Source: Candidatus Omnitrophota bacterium
GTDB taxonomy: Bacteria > Omnitrophota > Gorgyraeia > Gygaellales > Profunditerraquicolaceae
Assembly (NCBI GenBank): GCA_029571225.1
Contig: JAKPTF010000061.1
Location: 3,051-67,050, forward strand
DNA: 64,000 nucleotides
Reading direction: 5' to 3'
Shown piece by piece: positions 1-8,881 of this stretch. Made by a program: the position numbers and the translations under genes. The notes below the pieces were generated by a model, which saw only the letters and a list, made by a program, of their open reading frames with translations, was not told the DNA's origin and ran no database searches. Every line of letters starts with the position of its first letter. Position 1 is the stretch's first letter.

Positions 1-1435
1 CGAAGATAAGCGGCGTTGAAAGATATGTCTGACTGCCTGATGCAGGCGCAAGGATAAGGGCGTTCGGTCCGAAAGACACTCCGGCAGTATCGAGCGACAA
101 CACATTCCCCGCGACACCGGTCAGGGCTTTGACCACCCATGCGGCTCCCAACCCCAGCATGACGACCGGAACAGCCAGAAGCGCCATGCCGGCCCGCATC
201 GATAACGAGACTTCCTTCGCGTCTCGCGCCTGCGGGCTGCGCGGCTGGGCCAGGAAGGTGATCCCGAACGCCTTGACAAAACACGCTGCGGCAAGGCCGC
301 TCGTAAAAGCCAGGGCCGCGGCCATGATACCCAGGAACAGTTTATACCCGCCTGAAGAGGCATGCATTGCGCCGAGGAACAAAGACTGCAGGGTGAGCCA
401 CTCGCTCACGAATCCGTTCAGCGGAGGCAGGGCGGATATCGCCATTGCCCCCAGCAGGAACAGGGCCCCGGTCCAGGGCATGTTCCTGATGAGCCCTCCC
501 ATCTTCTCCATATCCCTGGTGCCGGTTGCCTTGTATACCGCACCGGCGCCGAGGAACAACAGCCCTTTGAACGCCGCGTGGTTTACCAGATGATACAGGC
601 CGGCGATCAAGGCAAGCAGCGCGCAATACGTCTGCCCCATGGTCAGAAGCAGCATGCACGCCCCTACGCCCAGAAGGATTATGCCTATATTCTCCACGCT
701 GTGATACGCCAGAAGCTTTTTGATATCGTGCTCCATGAGCGCATAGATAACTCCGACGAGGCAGGATATTGCCGCCAGGACCAGCACGAGGTTTCCCCAC
801 CACGCTTCGGTAACGCCCAGAAGCACTATGATGAACCTGATCATGCCGTAAATAGCGGTCTTGATCATCACCCCTGACATGACGCTGGAAATATGGCTCG
901 GGGCCTGCGGATGGGCGTATGGCAGCCAGATATGGAGCGGCACGATGCCTGCCTTGGTGCCGAATCCGGACAGAAGGAATATGAACACGAGATTGCGTAC
1001 ATCCTGCGGCATCGACGCGCACGCGACGCCAATGGACGCAAAGTCAAACCCGTGGCTGTAGCGGTACATAAGCATGAAAGCGGCTATCAACAACGCCGTG
1101 CCCGCATGCGTCATGATCACGTAGATCAGGCCTGCCTGCACAGACTGTTCATGTTCGTGCTCGAACAGGACCAGAAAAAAAGAAACAAGGGACATGATCT
1201 CCCACGCCAGGAGGAACGCGATAATGTCCGCGCTTGTCACGACGGCGGCCATGGAGAACATGAAAATGCCGGTCAGGCTGTGCAGGAGGATAAGGCGCCG
1301 CCTGGTGAACTGGCCATGAAGATACCCCGCTGAATATACGAGCGACGGCACTGATACGAGCCCGATGACCGCGAGAAAAAATACGCTCAAGGGATCAGCC
1401 ATGAACCGCATATGTTCTGAAATGAAATATTCCAT
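1..1435 (-). CDS. Proton-conducting membrane transporter subunit (HyfB/HycC/NuoL/MnhD family), N-terminal ~478 codons; 3' end lies beyond the window start
   Basis: Absent from the ORF track because it runs off the edge. Reverse-strand translation from ATG 1435-1433 reads MEYFISEHMRFMADPLSVFFLAVIG...LLAWEIMSLVSFFLV...WLPYAHPQAPSHISSVMSGVMIKTAIYGMIRF...LLAYHSVENIGIILLG... It appeared open to position 2 in a by-eye translation (not every codon checked). Polytopic, with motifs typical of antiporter-like subunits. In-frame TAA lies 5 codons upstream of the ATG. Confidence 0.8.
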   Translation of the reverse strand, partial: MEYFISEHMRFMADPLSVFFLAVIGLVSVPSLVYSAGYLHGQFTRRRLILLHSLTGIFMFSMAAVVTSADIIAFLLAWEIMSLVSFFLVLFEHEHEQSVQAGLIYVIMTHAGTALLIAAFMLMYRYSHGFDFASIGVACASMPQDVRNLVFIFLLSGFGTKAGIVPLHIWLPYAHPQAPSHISSVMSGVMIKTAIYGMIRFIIVLLGVTEAWWGNLVLVLAAISCLVGVIYALMEHDIKKLLAYHSVENIGIILLGVGACMLLLTMGQTYCALLALIAGLYHLVNHAAFKGLLFLGAGAVYKATGTRDMEKMGGLIRNMPWTGALFLLGAMAISALPPLNGFVSEWLTLQSLFLGAMHASSGGYKLFLGIMAAALAFTSGLAAACFVKAFGITFLAQPRSPQARDAKEVSLSMRAGMALLAVPVVMLGLGAAWVVKALTGVAGNVLSLDTAGVSFGPNALILAPASGSQTYLSTPLIF

Positions 1436-1524
1436 GGTATTTAACAGTTCTTACTCGTAGAGGTTAATACCGGGGGTTAACGTGCGGGGTCTGCCTTTGT
1501 GCAAACGGAAGAATTATATCACAA

Positions 1525-2331
1525 TTACGGCCGTTGTAAAGCGCTCATCGCATCCTGCCCGGCAGCAGACTGCCGTATCGCGGCGACCGCCTTGTCCTTG
1601 ACCCAGCCGATCTTGGCATCGTGCCTGCGGACCTTTACCCATGCTCCGGAACGGTCGAGGATGGTCACGAAACTGCCTTCCGGAATGCTGAAATACGTCG
1701 TGGCACCGTCCCGCGGCTCGAACTTAGCTTCAACGCCTCCGGCGATGATAAGAGCGCCGCGCTCATAAGAGACGGCCTTGCGGCCCAGGGCAACGGAACA
1801 GGCCAGTAACATGACTGCCAGGATTACAGCCAATGGGACCGCCGGCCTTTTCAAAGACGGCAGCCACAATATCGACGCCAGTATGATCAATATCAAAAAC
1901 CATAATGCCCCTGCGAGCACAGTCAGGCTGTTCATCGCGATGCCGTCAAAGGACCGGTCAAGCCAGCGCAGGAACCAGGGTTCGGAACTGTAGCGGGGAG
2001 GAACGTTGAGGATATTCCTGACAAAGTTATGGTTCGAGCGCAGGTCACTGTCGTGCGGGATAAAGATCTTCGCGCGCTCATAATTGAGAAGCGCCCTGCC
2101 GAGGTCGCCTTTCTTGAAATAGCTGTTGCCGAGGTTATAATAGAGAGCGCCGCTTTCAAACCCGCCCTCCAGGATCTTTTCATACGCGGAAACCGCCTCA
2201 TCGTATTTATTGTTTTTATAGAGAAGATTCGCGTCCTGGAAATATCCGGCCTCGCACGGATGGCCGAACCACGCAGCCAGAATAAGCAATAACGCAGCAG
2301 CCTTTGCCGTTCTTGATCGTATATATGCCAT
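1525..2331 (-). CDS. batE: BatE-like TPR + SH3b membrane protein (last gene of Bat operon)
   Basis: ORF 1525..2430 trimmed to Met34 (ATG 2331-2329) because the upstream gene stops at 2339. N-terminus MAYIRSRTAKAAALLLILAAWFGHPCEA is signal-like. TPR-like repeats (YKNNKYDEAVSAYEKIL; YYNLGNSYFKKGDLGRALLNYERA), TM segments, and a C-terminal SH3b-like GSFVTILDRSGAWVKVRRHDAKIGWV. Confidence 0.6.
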   Translation of the reverse strand: MAYIRSRTAKAAALLLILAAWFGHPCEAGYFQDANLLYKNNKYDEAVSAYEKILEGGFESGALYYNLGNSYFKKGDLGRALLNYERAKIFIPHDSDLRSNHNFVRNILNVPPRYSSEPWFLRWLDRSFDGIAMNSLTVLAGALWFLILIILASILWLPSLKRPAVPLAVILAVMLLACSVALGRKAVSYERGALIIAGGVEAKFEPRDGATTYFSIPEGSFVTILDRSGAWVKVRRHDAKIGWVKDKAVAAIRQSAAGQDAMSALQRP

Positions 2332-2338
2332 AAGATAC

Positions 2339-4162
2339 CTACGCTTTGTTGCGTTGCAGATGGTCGATAACGTCCCGCAGGTCATCGAGGGCCCTGGCCA
2401 TTCTGCCCGTGTCGAACCCGGACGGGGCATACCTGGCCATATCGCAGTCTCTGAACAGCCCGCTTATTTTTTCCTGGATATCAGGGCTGACATTGCGCGG
2501 TTTCAGGATCTCGTCTATGATGCCGGCGGTGATGCTTTTCGAAGCAAGATGGAACCGATCCCCGAGATATTCCTGAAGCGTATCGAAGATCACGTCGTAA
2601 AATTCCTCCGGTTTATTCGCCCTCAATAGTTTCTTTGCGGTATCCATGCCGCGGCGCGCCTTGCCCGGGGCCTGCAGTTTCCTTGCAAACCGCACGTCCG
2701 AACGAAGCCGCTGGCTCCACGCGTGGATAACGAGGATGCACAGATAAAGAACCAGTGCCAGACCCTGCAAAATCCAGAATCCCCTGCTCCTGTAAAGAAA
2801 ATCCCCTCTTTTGTTCCAGCCCGAATCGGATTCCTTTATAAAGATGATATCCCTGCCGAATTTCTCATCCTGCGGAACGGACGCTTGCGGCGCCTGCGGG
2901 CTTTCAATGATCCTTGCCTGCTCCTGTATATCCGGCCGGGCCACGGTTATCGCGAACGGACCCCGCGTGATGGTCTCATAGCCGCCGGTCTCCGTATTGA
3001 AGAAGCTGAACGAGATCGCGGGAATCTCCTTAACATCCGCGTGCATGGGCATGACGACCTGTTCAAAAGTCTTGACGCCGTTTTCCTGTTTTATCTGGGG
3101 CTCGTACGTTTTAAGGTCTTTGGTCGACTCGACCTTCGGGATTGTCACGGTCGAAAGGTTGCCTCTGCCTTTAACGACTGCCTTGAGCGTAACAGGATCC
3201 CCGACTTTGACCTCCGAAGGGCTCGCGGTCACATCAAACGTGAATATGCCCAAAGCGCCGGTAAAAGAAGCGGGCCTGCCCTGTTCAGGCAGAGGCAGGA
3301 CCGTGACCGGGAAGCTCCGGGAATTCAACGTCAAAGGATGGGTCTCGTACCTGCCGAAGAAATTGTCAAAAACATCGGAATCGAAGAAATCATCGTCGAA
3401 CAGCGACGAAGGACGGCGGCTGCTTTGTTTCCTGACGATCAGATTGCATTTGAGGTTCGCAGGGCCTATCTTCGTCTCGCCCGGCCTCAATCCGAATATG
3501 GTCGTACTGAACTCGATCACGTCATACGCAACCCCTGCCACTACGTCCTGGTATTGTTTAGGCTGGCCAAACTGGCCGAGCGAGAACCCTTCATGCTCGA
3601 TCTGGGGGAACTGGATATCGCGTACGCTCAACCGGTTGACGTACAGCTTGACGGTCACGGGCACGGCTTCATTGACGTACATGTTCCTTTTCCCTGCTTC
3701 AAGCACGACGAACACCCTGTCAGATATATCCCGGGAAAGGTCTTGCGATTCTTGCTGCTGGGCGTTCGACGGTTGCGGGGCCGCTGTTGCCAGGACCTCA
3801 AGTGAGATCTGATTCGAAGTGTACCTGTCACCGTTATGGTCGAACCTGAGCGGGCCCAGGGAGAATTTCCCGACCTTGACCGCTTCTAGAACATATATAT
3901 GCGTTATGGAACTCGATACGACGCCGTTGACGACCGACATGCTCGTCGAAGGGCCCACATACCGTGCGGTAAACCCTTCCATATCCGGAAGCTCCAGCGC
4001 CGGGATGTTCTGCGTGTTATTAAAGGTAAGGTTGAGCTGGATGGACTGACCTACCGCGACTCTGGTGCGATTGACCGTCGCTTCGAAATTTATGTCTTTT
4101 GCCAGGCACATCGCAGTCGGCAAAAAAACAAGCGCGCATATGAAAGTAATAAGGCGTCTCAT
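2339..4162 (-). CDS. batD: BatD-like (oxygen-tolerance family) membrane protein
   Basis: 607 aa. Signal peptide MRRLITFICALVFLPTAMCLA, long beta-rich exported region, one TM (FWILQGLALVLYLCILVIHAW), helical cytosolic tail. Canonical position after batC. Ends in TAG (2339-2341). Confidence 0.65.
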   Translation of the reverse strand: MRRLITFICALVFLPTAMCLAKDINFEATVNRTRVAVGQSIQLNLTFNNTQNIPALELPDMEGFTARYVGPSTSMSVVNGVVSSSITHIYVLEAVKVGKFSLGPLRFDHNGDRYTSNQISLEVLATAAPQPSNAQQQESQDLSRDISDRVFVVLEAGKRNMYVNEAVPVTVKLYVNRLSVRDIQFPQIEHEGFSLGQFGQPKQYQDVVAGVAYDVIEFSTTIFGLRPGETKIGPANLKCNLIVRKQSSRRPSSLFDDDFFDSDVFDNFFGRYETHPLTLNSRSFPVTVLPLPEQGRPASFTGALGIFTFDVTASPSEVKVGDPVTLKAVVKGRGNLSTVTIPKVESTKDLKTYEPQIKQENGVKTFEQVVMPMHADVKEIPAISFSFFNTETGGYETITRGPFAITVARPDIQEQARIIESPQAPQASVPQDEKFGRDIIFIKESDSGWNKRGDFLYRSRGFWILQGLALVLYLCILVIHAWSQRLRSDVRFARKLQAPGKARRGMDTAKKLLRANKPEEFYDVIFDTLQEYLGDRFHLASKSITAGIIDEILKPRNVSPDIQEKISGLFRDCDMARYAPSGFDTGRMARALDDLRDVIDHLQRNKA

Positions 4163-4177
4163 TGGAACACTGCTCCG

Positions 4178-5020
4178 CTACCAGTCTTTTTCAACCTCGG
4201 TTTCCCTGCCTTTGCGCTGATCGTCTATCCTGCCAAGGGCATTTTCTTCCTGTCTGAAGCCCTCAAGAAGCATGTGCGCTTCTTCAGGAGACATCTCTTT
4301 GCCCTCTTGCCCAATTTTCTGTTGCTCCTGGCCTTGTTGCTCCTGACCCTTTTGCTCCTGGCCTTGTTGCTCCTGACCCTTTTGCTCCTGGCCTTGTTGC
4401 TCCTGACCCTTTTGCTCCTGGCCTTGCTGCTCCTGACCCTTTTGCTCCTGGCCTTGCTGCTCCTGACCCTTTTGCTCCTGGCCCTTTTGCTCCTGGCCTT
4501 GCTGCTCGTGGCTCTGCTGCTCCTGGCTCTGCTGCTCTAACTTTTGCTTAAGCTCCTTGTACTCTTTTTCAACAAGCTCATAATTAAGCTTTGCATCATT
4601 ATCCTTTGGGTCCAGTTCGATGGCGCGCCTGTAGCGCTCAAGTGCCTCGCCCAGAAGGCTGACAGCCGATGCCAGGTCGGATTCTTTCCTGCTCTGGCCC
4701 AGTTTGTATTTCGAATTGGCAAGGTTATAATTCGCCTTTGCCTCAAGTGACCGGTCCTGCGTGGCGGATGCTTTCTCGAATGAACCTATAGCCGCCTCAA
4801 AATCCTCTGCCTTGAACTGGGACGCTCCCTTGTTAAAATGGATGATGCTCGAATCAGGCTGTTTCTCAAGCGCCTTGTCGTATAATTTCAAGGCATCGCC
4901 GTATTTCTGCTGCTTGTACAGGGCATTGCCTTTTCGCACTATTGTAGCACTGTCAGCCGCAAATGCAATGGCTGCGGATGACACGACGGCAGTGATTACA
5001 AGGATGAGATATTTTTTCAT
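4178..5020 (-). CDS. batC: BatC-like TPR protein with Q/E/K/G tandem-repeat region
   Basis: 280 aa. Signal peptide [24 protein letters not shown]-like repeats ([22 protein letters not shown]; [23 protein letters not shown]), then ([10 protein letters not shown])n. ATGA overlap with the batB stop at 5017-5020. Confidence 0.6.
   Translation of the reverse strand: MKKYLILVITAVVSSAAIAFAADSATIVRKGNALYKQQKYGDALKLYDKALEKQPDSSIIHFNKGASQFKAEDFEAAIGSFEKASATQDRSLEAKANYNLANSKYKLGQSRKESDLASAVSLLGEALERYRRAIELDPKDNDAKLNYELVEKEYKELKQKLEQQSQEQQSHEQQGQEQKGQEQKGQEQQGQEQKGQEQQGQEQKGQEQQGQEQKGQEQQGQEQKGQEQQGQEQQKIGQEGKEMSPEEAHMLLEGFRQEENALGRIDDQRKGRETEVEKDW
4318..4537 (-). repeat. In-frame tandem repeat: 30-bp unit built from two 15-bp half-units, about 7 copies
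   Basis: Plus-strand unit tttgctcctggccttgttgctcctgaccct is repeated head-to-tail at 4351, 4381, 4411 and 4441, with degenerate copies at both ends. It encodes [10 protein letters not shown] repeats in batC. Confidence 0.9.
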
Positions 5021-6024
5021 GGTCTGTGCGGCCTGCGGTCGCTTATGAACAGGTCCAGAATGAGCAATAACAACGCTATTGCCAGCGGCGCCTGAAAACG
5101 CTCCACATACAGTTTACTCATCTTTGACTCAAGTTCGCTTTTTTCGAATTTAGAGAACTTCTCGTTGTATAAGAGTTCAAGGCCGAATTCAGTGGCTGTG
5201 GCGCGGACGTATGTCCCTCCTGTTTCCAGGCATATCTTCTGCAGAATATCCTCATTCAAACGGGACTTGACCGCATTACCCGATGAATCCTTCAGATATT
5301 CCTTTTTGCCCGCCTCCGTTTCCACGAACACCAGATCGCCTTCCTGCGTGCCGATGCCGATGCCGTAGATGATGACGCCTTCTTTTTTCGCGCGCTGGGC
5401 CGCCTGTACAGGATCCCCTTCATGGTCCTCGCCGTCCGTGATGATGACCAGGATTTTGTGCTTTTTCGCCCCGCCCGCAAAACCTTTGACAGCCTCGTCA
5501 ATGGCGTTCGATATGGACGTGCCGCCTCTGGGTATGGTGTCCACGGACAGATCTTCAAGCGCCAGCATAAAACCGTTATAATCGACGGTCAGCGGGCACT
5601 CGAGGAACGCCGATCCCGCGAACGCGATCAATCCGACGCGGTCGCCTTTGAGCTTTGCAGCCATATCGCGCAAAGCCAGTTTCGTCCTTTCGAGCCTGTT
5701 TGGTTTTACGTCCGTGGCGAGCATGCTTTTTGAAGTATCCACGGCGATGAGTATGTCGAGGCCTCGGCGGCGGACCTCCTGCCACTGAAAACCCCACTGC
5801 GGCCTGGACAACGCGAAAAGCGCCGCCACCAGGGCCGTGGTAAACAGGACCGCCTTGACCCTGTGAAGGCGCGGGTCGAACTGGTCAAGAAGGTCCTTCA
5901 GCAGGTCTTTTTGCGCGAAGCGCTGGCGCGCGAGCCGGCGGCTCCGCTCCGCCCAGATGACGAAGGCGACCGCACAGACCGCGACTGGGATCAAATACAG
6001 GTAATACTGCGTGCCGAACCGCAT
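5017..6024 (-). CDS. batB: BatB-like VWA-domain membrane protein
   Basis: 335 aa. N-terminal TMs, VWA domain with MIDAS-type DxSxS (DILIAVDTSKSM), C-terminal TM (APLAIALLLLILDLFI). Confidence 0.75.
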   Translation of the reverse strand: MRFGTQYYLYLIPVAVCAVAFVIWAERSRRLARQRFAQKDLLKDLLDQFDPRLHRVKAVLFTTALVAALFALSRPQWGFQWQEVRRRGLDILIAVDTSKSMLATDVKPNRLERTKLALRDMAAKLKGDRVGLIAFAGSAFLECPLTVDYNGFMLALEDLSVDTIPRGGTSISNAIDEAVKGFAGGAKKHKILVIITDGEDHEGDPVQAAQRAKKEGVIIYGIGIGTQEGDLVFVETEAGKKEYLKDSSGNAVKSRLNEDILQKICLETGGTYVRATATEFGLELLYNEKFSKFEKSELESKMSKLYVERFQAPLAIALLLLILDLFISDRRPHRP

Positions 6025-6041
6025 GCGTAACCTCTCTGCTC

Positions 6042-7037
6042 TTATGGCAGTTGACGTAAAACCGTATTCGACAGGACAAGCTCTGCGAATAACAGTATCA
6101 GCCCCGGAACCAGGAACAGGACAAAAAGCTCGTTATATTCCCGGTAGCCGGTATCCTCGATCCGGACTTTTTCCATGCTGTTTATCTCTTTGTATATATC
6201 GCGCAGGCTCTGCGTATCGGTGGCGCGGAAATACCTGGCGCCTGTCATATCCGCGATCTTCGTCAAAGTCTCTTCATCGATATCGACCTCGACCTGCTGG
6301 TATACCTTATTGCCCCAGAGGTCCTTGACCGGATACGGGACCGGCCCCCGGGAACCCGCGCCGATCGTATAGATCCTGATCTTGAGCGCCTTTGCCGCTT
6401 CAGCCGCGGTCAAAGGCGCGATCCTGCCGGTATTATTCCTTCCGTCAGTCAGCAAAATGACGACTTTGCTTTTCGCCTTGCTGTTCTTCAGACGGTTCAA
6501 TGACGCCGCAATCCCTGAGCCGATCGCGGTGCCGTCCTCGATCATGCCGGAGTGAATCCGCTCCATGTTGTCAAGGAGCCAGCCGTGATCGAGAGTCAGC
6601 GGACAGATCGTATAGGGCCTGGCAGCGAACGTGATAATCGCAAGCCGGTCATGAGGCCTTTCCTTGACGAATTCGCGCACGACATCCTTGACAACCTCAA
6701 TCCTGGAAAGACGCCTGCCGCCATAGGTAAAATCCTCGGCGAGCATGCTCGTGGAAGAGTCGATGGCGAGCACGATATCAATACCCTCGGTCTCGACATA
6801 CGCGTCTGAAACCAGAGACACCGGCCTGCCGAGCGCCAGGATCAAGAGAACCAGGCCGCACAACCGCACATACGCAAGCCGTGCGGCTGCTTTGGCCTTC
6901 CATGACTGTTTCATGCCATCGAACCCGGAAACCGAAGAAAACCTGAATCCCGGGCTCTGGCGCATGCGAAGCGCCGCGTAGAAACCGGCAAGCGCAACGG
7001 GTATCAATAATAAGAATATCGGGTCTCGAAAAAACAT
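6042..7037 (-). CDS. batA: BatA-like VWA-domain membrane protein
   Basis: 331 aa. BatA-type N-terminus MFFRDPIFLLLIPVALAGF, VWA/MIDAS (DIVLAIDSSTSM), C-terminal TM. Confidence 0.75.
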   Translation of the reverse strand: MFFRDPIFLLLIPVALAGFYAALRMRQSPGFRFSSVSGFDGMKQSWKAKAAARLAYVRLCGLVLLILALGRPVSLVSDAYVETEGIDIVLAIDSSTSMLAEDFTYGGRRLSRIEVVKDVVREFVKERPHDRLAIITFAARPYTICPLTLDHGWLLDNMERIHSGMIEDGTAIGSGIAASLNRLKNSKAKSKVVILLTDGRNNTGRIAPLTAAEAAKALKIRIYTIGAGSRGPVPYPVKDLWGNKVYQQVEVDIDEETLTKIADMTGARYFRATDTQSLRDIYKEINSMEKVRIEDTGYREYNELFVLFLVPGLILLFAELVLSNTVLRQLP

Positions 7038-7040
7038 ACG

Positions 7041-7976
7041 CTATGCCTTGTGAGCCTCTGCGTCCGGGCTTCTGGTCTCATCGACGAACCGCCTGGCCGT
7101 ATCGAATGCCGCGTCGCCCTCGTTTTCCGGCGGGATATGCTTTGCAAACTTGACCAGGTCGCAATTCGTCAGGAATTCCTTGAGCAGATCCTTGTGCGCC
7201 CGCTCCAGCTCGCCGTATTCCCGCACGTAGCCGATAAACTCCTCGGTCGTCATTTCCGGGGCTTTGAGGCTGAACCTGTTCTCCAGATAATGACGCAGGA
7301 TATCGGATAATTCGCTGTAATACTGCTTGATCATACCCTTGGAAAGAAGCCCCTGCCTGCGCAGATCGTCCAGCCGGGCATAGGCGATCTCATGCGCTTT
7401 CCAGGGCTGAACCTCGGCCGCGGCCCTGGCCCGCGTGCGGAATATTTTATTCCGGAATACGATGATCAAAGCAATAATAAACGCCGCGGCAAGCGCGATA
7501 ACGGGCAACGCGGTCCTCATATCAAGAGGGCCTTTGATGTCTGCGATCTGCGCTCCTGCGTGCGCCTTTTGCGCAAGGCTGACGACATTAATGGAGCACG
7601 CGCCGGTCAATGCCTCGGCCCACTCTTTATCCGGATATTTGTATCTGACCTTTTGCGGAGGGATCGTGTATGTGCCCGGTGTAAACGAACGGAAAACGAC
7701 CCAGAGCGTGCGTGTTCTTTTACGAAAGAATCCGGAAGACCTCTCGCCGGAATCTACGATTTCAAGGCCCTTGAACGCCTCTGTAAGGTCGGGAAATTCT
7801 ATGCCGATGCCGCGGTCCGCTGTCACGGCTATGGCGTAGCGCGCTTGCTCGCCGATCGTCATTTCTTTTTTATCAATGCCGGCGAGCAACCTGCCGGGAA
7901 AATCCAGGCCGGAACAGATTGTCACGCTCCCTGCGAGAAAGATCATACCGGCGACGGCAAGACAACGGGCTCTCAT
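7041..7976 (-). CDS. Membrane protein with BatD-like N-terminal region plus DUF4381-like C-terminal region
   Basis: ORF 7041..8054 trimmed to MRARCLAVAGMIFLAGSV (ATG 7976-7974), which forms an ATGA overlap with the DUF58 stop (7975-7973). Beta-rich exported half, one TM (LPVIALAAAFIIALIIVF), then AHEIAYARLDDL...EEFIGYVRE...CDLVKFAKH, which resembles DUF4381. Confidence 0.5.
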   Translation of the reverse strand: MRARCLAVAGMIFLAGSVTICSGLDFPGRLLAGIDKKEMTIGEQARYAIAVTADRGIGIEFPDLTEAFKGLEIVDSGERSSGFFRKRTRTLWVVFRSFTPGTYTIPPQKVRYKYPDKEWAEALTGACSINVVSLAQKAHAGAQIADIKGPLDMRTALPVIALAAAFIIALIIVFRNKIFRTRARAAAEVQPWKAHEIAYARLDDLRRQGLLSKGMIKQYYSELSDILRHYLENRFSLKAPEMTTEEFIGYVREYGELERAHKDLLKEFLTNCDLVKFAKHIPPENEGDAAFDTARRFVDETRSPDAEAHKA

Positions 7977-8851
7977 CGCATTCTCCTCTCGCGGGCCTTG
8001 AAGAACCGGATGAGGCTTTTTGAATAGGGGACATCCGTGCGAACGTCGATGCAATCCACGTTGACCGACCGGAACATCAGATCCCTGCGTTTGCCCCGTT
8101 CCAGGGCATTGGCGCGGTATTGCGCCCGGACCTGTTTGTCGGAGCTGTCGACAATAATGTCTTTGCCTGTTTCGGGATCGGACAGCTTGACCAGCCCGGC
8201 GTCGGCAAGCTCGAGTTCAGCCGGGTCCGTGACCGTCACTGCCACGATATCATGGCGTTTGTTCGCCACAGCCAGCATCTTCTTGAAATCCGGAGCGAAG
8301 AAATCCGACATGATGAACGAAACGGTCTTGCGGGTGGTAACACGGTTGAGATATTCAAGCGCAAGCACGATGTCTGTTCCCGCAGATTCGGGCCTGAAGT
8401 AGAGCGCTTCGCGGATAATGCGAAGCACATGACGCAGGCCCTTGCGCGGAGGGATGAATTTTTCGATTTTGTCCGTGAATGCGATGAATCCAACCTTATC
8501 GTTGTTCTTGATCGCGGAAAGCGCAAGCACGGAGCAGATCTTCGCGGCCAGCTGCGCCTTCATCTGGCCGCGGGTGCCGAAGAACGACGATGCCGACATA
8601 TCCAGAAGCAGCATCACGGTCAATTCCCGCTCTTCGGTGAATTTTTTGACATACGGATGGCCGGTGCGCGCGGTGACGTTCCAGTCGATGGAACGGATCT
8701 CGTCTCCGGGGATGTATTCACGCACTTCGTCGAACTCCATGCCCTTGCCCTTGAATACGCTCTGATACTGGCCGGCGAACACATCCGTCACCATCCGGGA
8801 GGTGGTGATCTGTATCCTGCGGATATCTTTGAGGATTTCTCGCGGTATCAT
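7973..8851 (-). CDS. DUF58 domain protein (MoxR-associated, VWA-like)
   Basis: 292 aa. GKGMEFDEVREYIPGDEIRSIDWNVTARTGHPYVKKFTEERELTVMLLLDMSASSFFG is the characteristic DUF58 core. Confidence 0.8.
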   Translation of the reverse strand: MIPREILKDIRRIQITTSRMVTDVFAGQYQSVFKGKGMEFDEVREYIPGDEIRSIDWNVTARTGHPYVKKFTEERELTVMLLLDMSASSFFGTRGQMKAQLAAKICSVLALSAIKNNDKVGFIAFTDKIEKFIPPRKGLRHVLRIIREALYFRPESAGTDIVLALEYLNRVTTRKTVSFIMSDFFAPDFKKMLAVANKRHDIVAVTVTDPAELELADAGLVKLSDPETGKDIIVDSSDKQVRAQYRANALERGKRRDLMFRSVNVDCIDVRTDVPYSKSLIRFFKARERRMR

Positions 8852-8881
8852 AGGCAGTCGGTTGCTTCGTTGCCTGATGCG

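Noticed and set aside
2723-3805. 360-aa plus-strand ORF (and overlapping 271-aa ORF 2997..3812) opposite batD
   Set aside because: Antisense shadow ORFs. Their translations are R/G/D/H-rich with no recognisable motif, whereas the minus-strand frame gives a coherent signal-peptide/TM protein in operon context.
4318-4537. Tandem repeat considered as a possible CRISPR array
   Set aside because: There are no unique spacers, since the units abut directly. The period is 30 bp (15+15) and in frame within a TPR protein. No cas genes are present.
3899-4540. 213-aa plus-strand ORF ending in a long (LLLALLLLT)n leucine repeat
   Set aside because: The Leu repeat is simply the antisense reading of the bat[11 protein letters not shown] tandem repeat. 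The ORF also crosses the batD/batC boundary.
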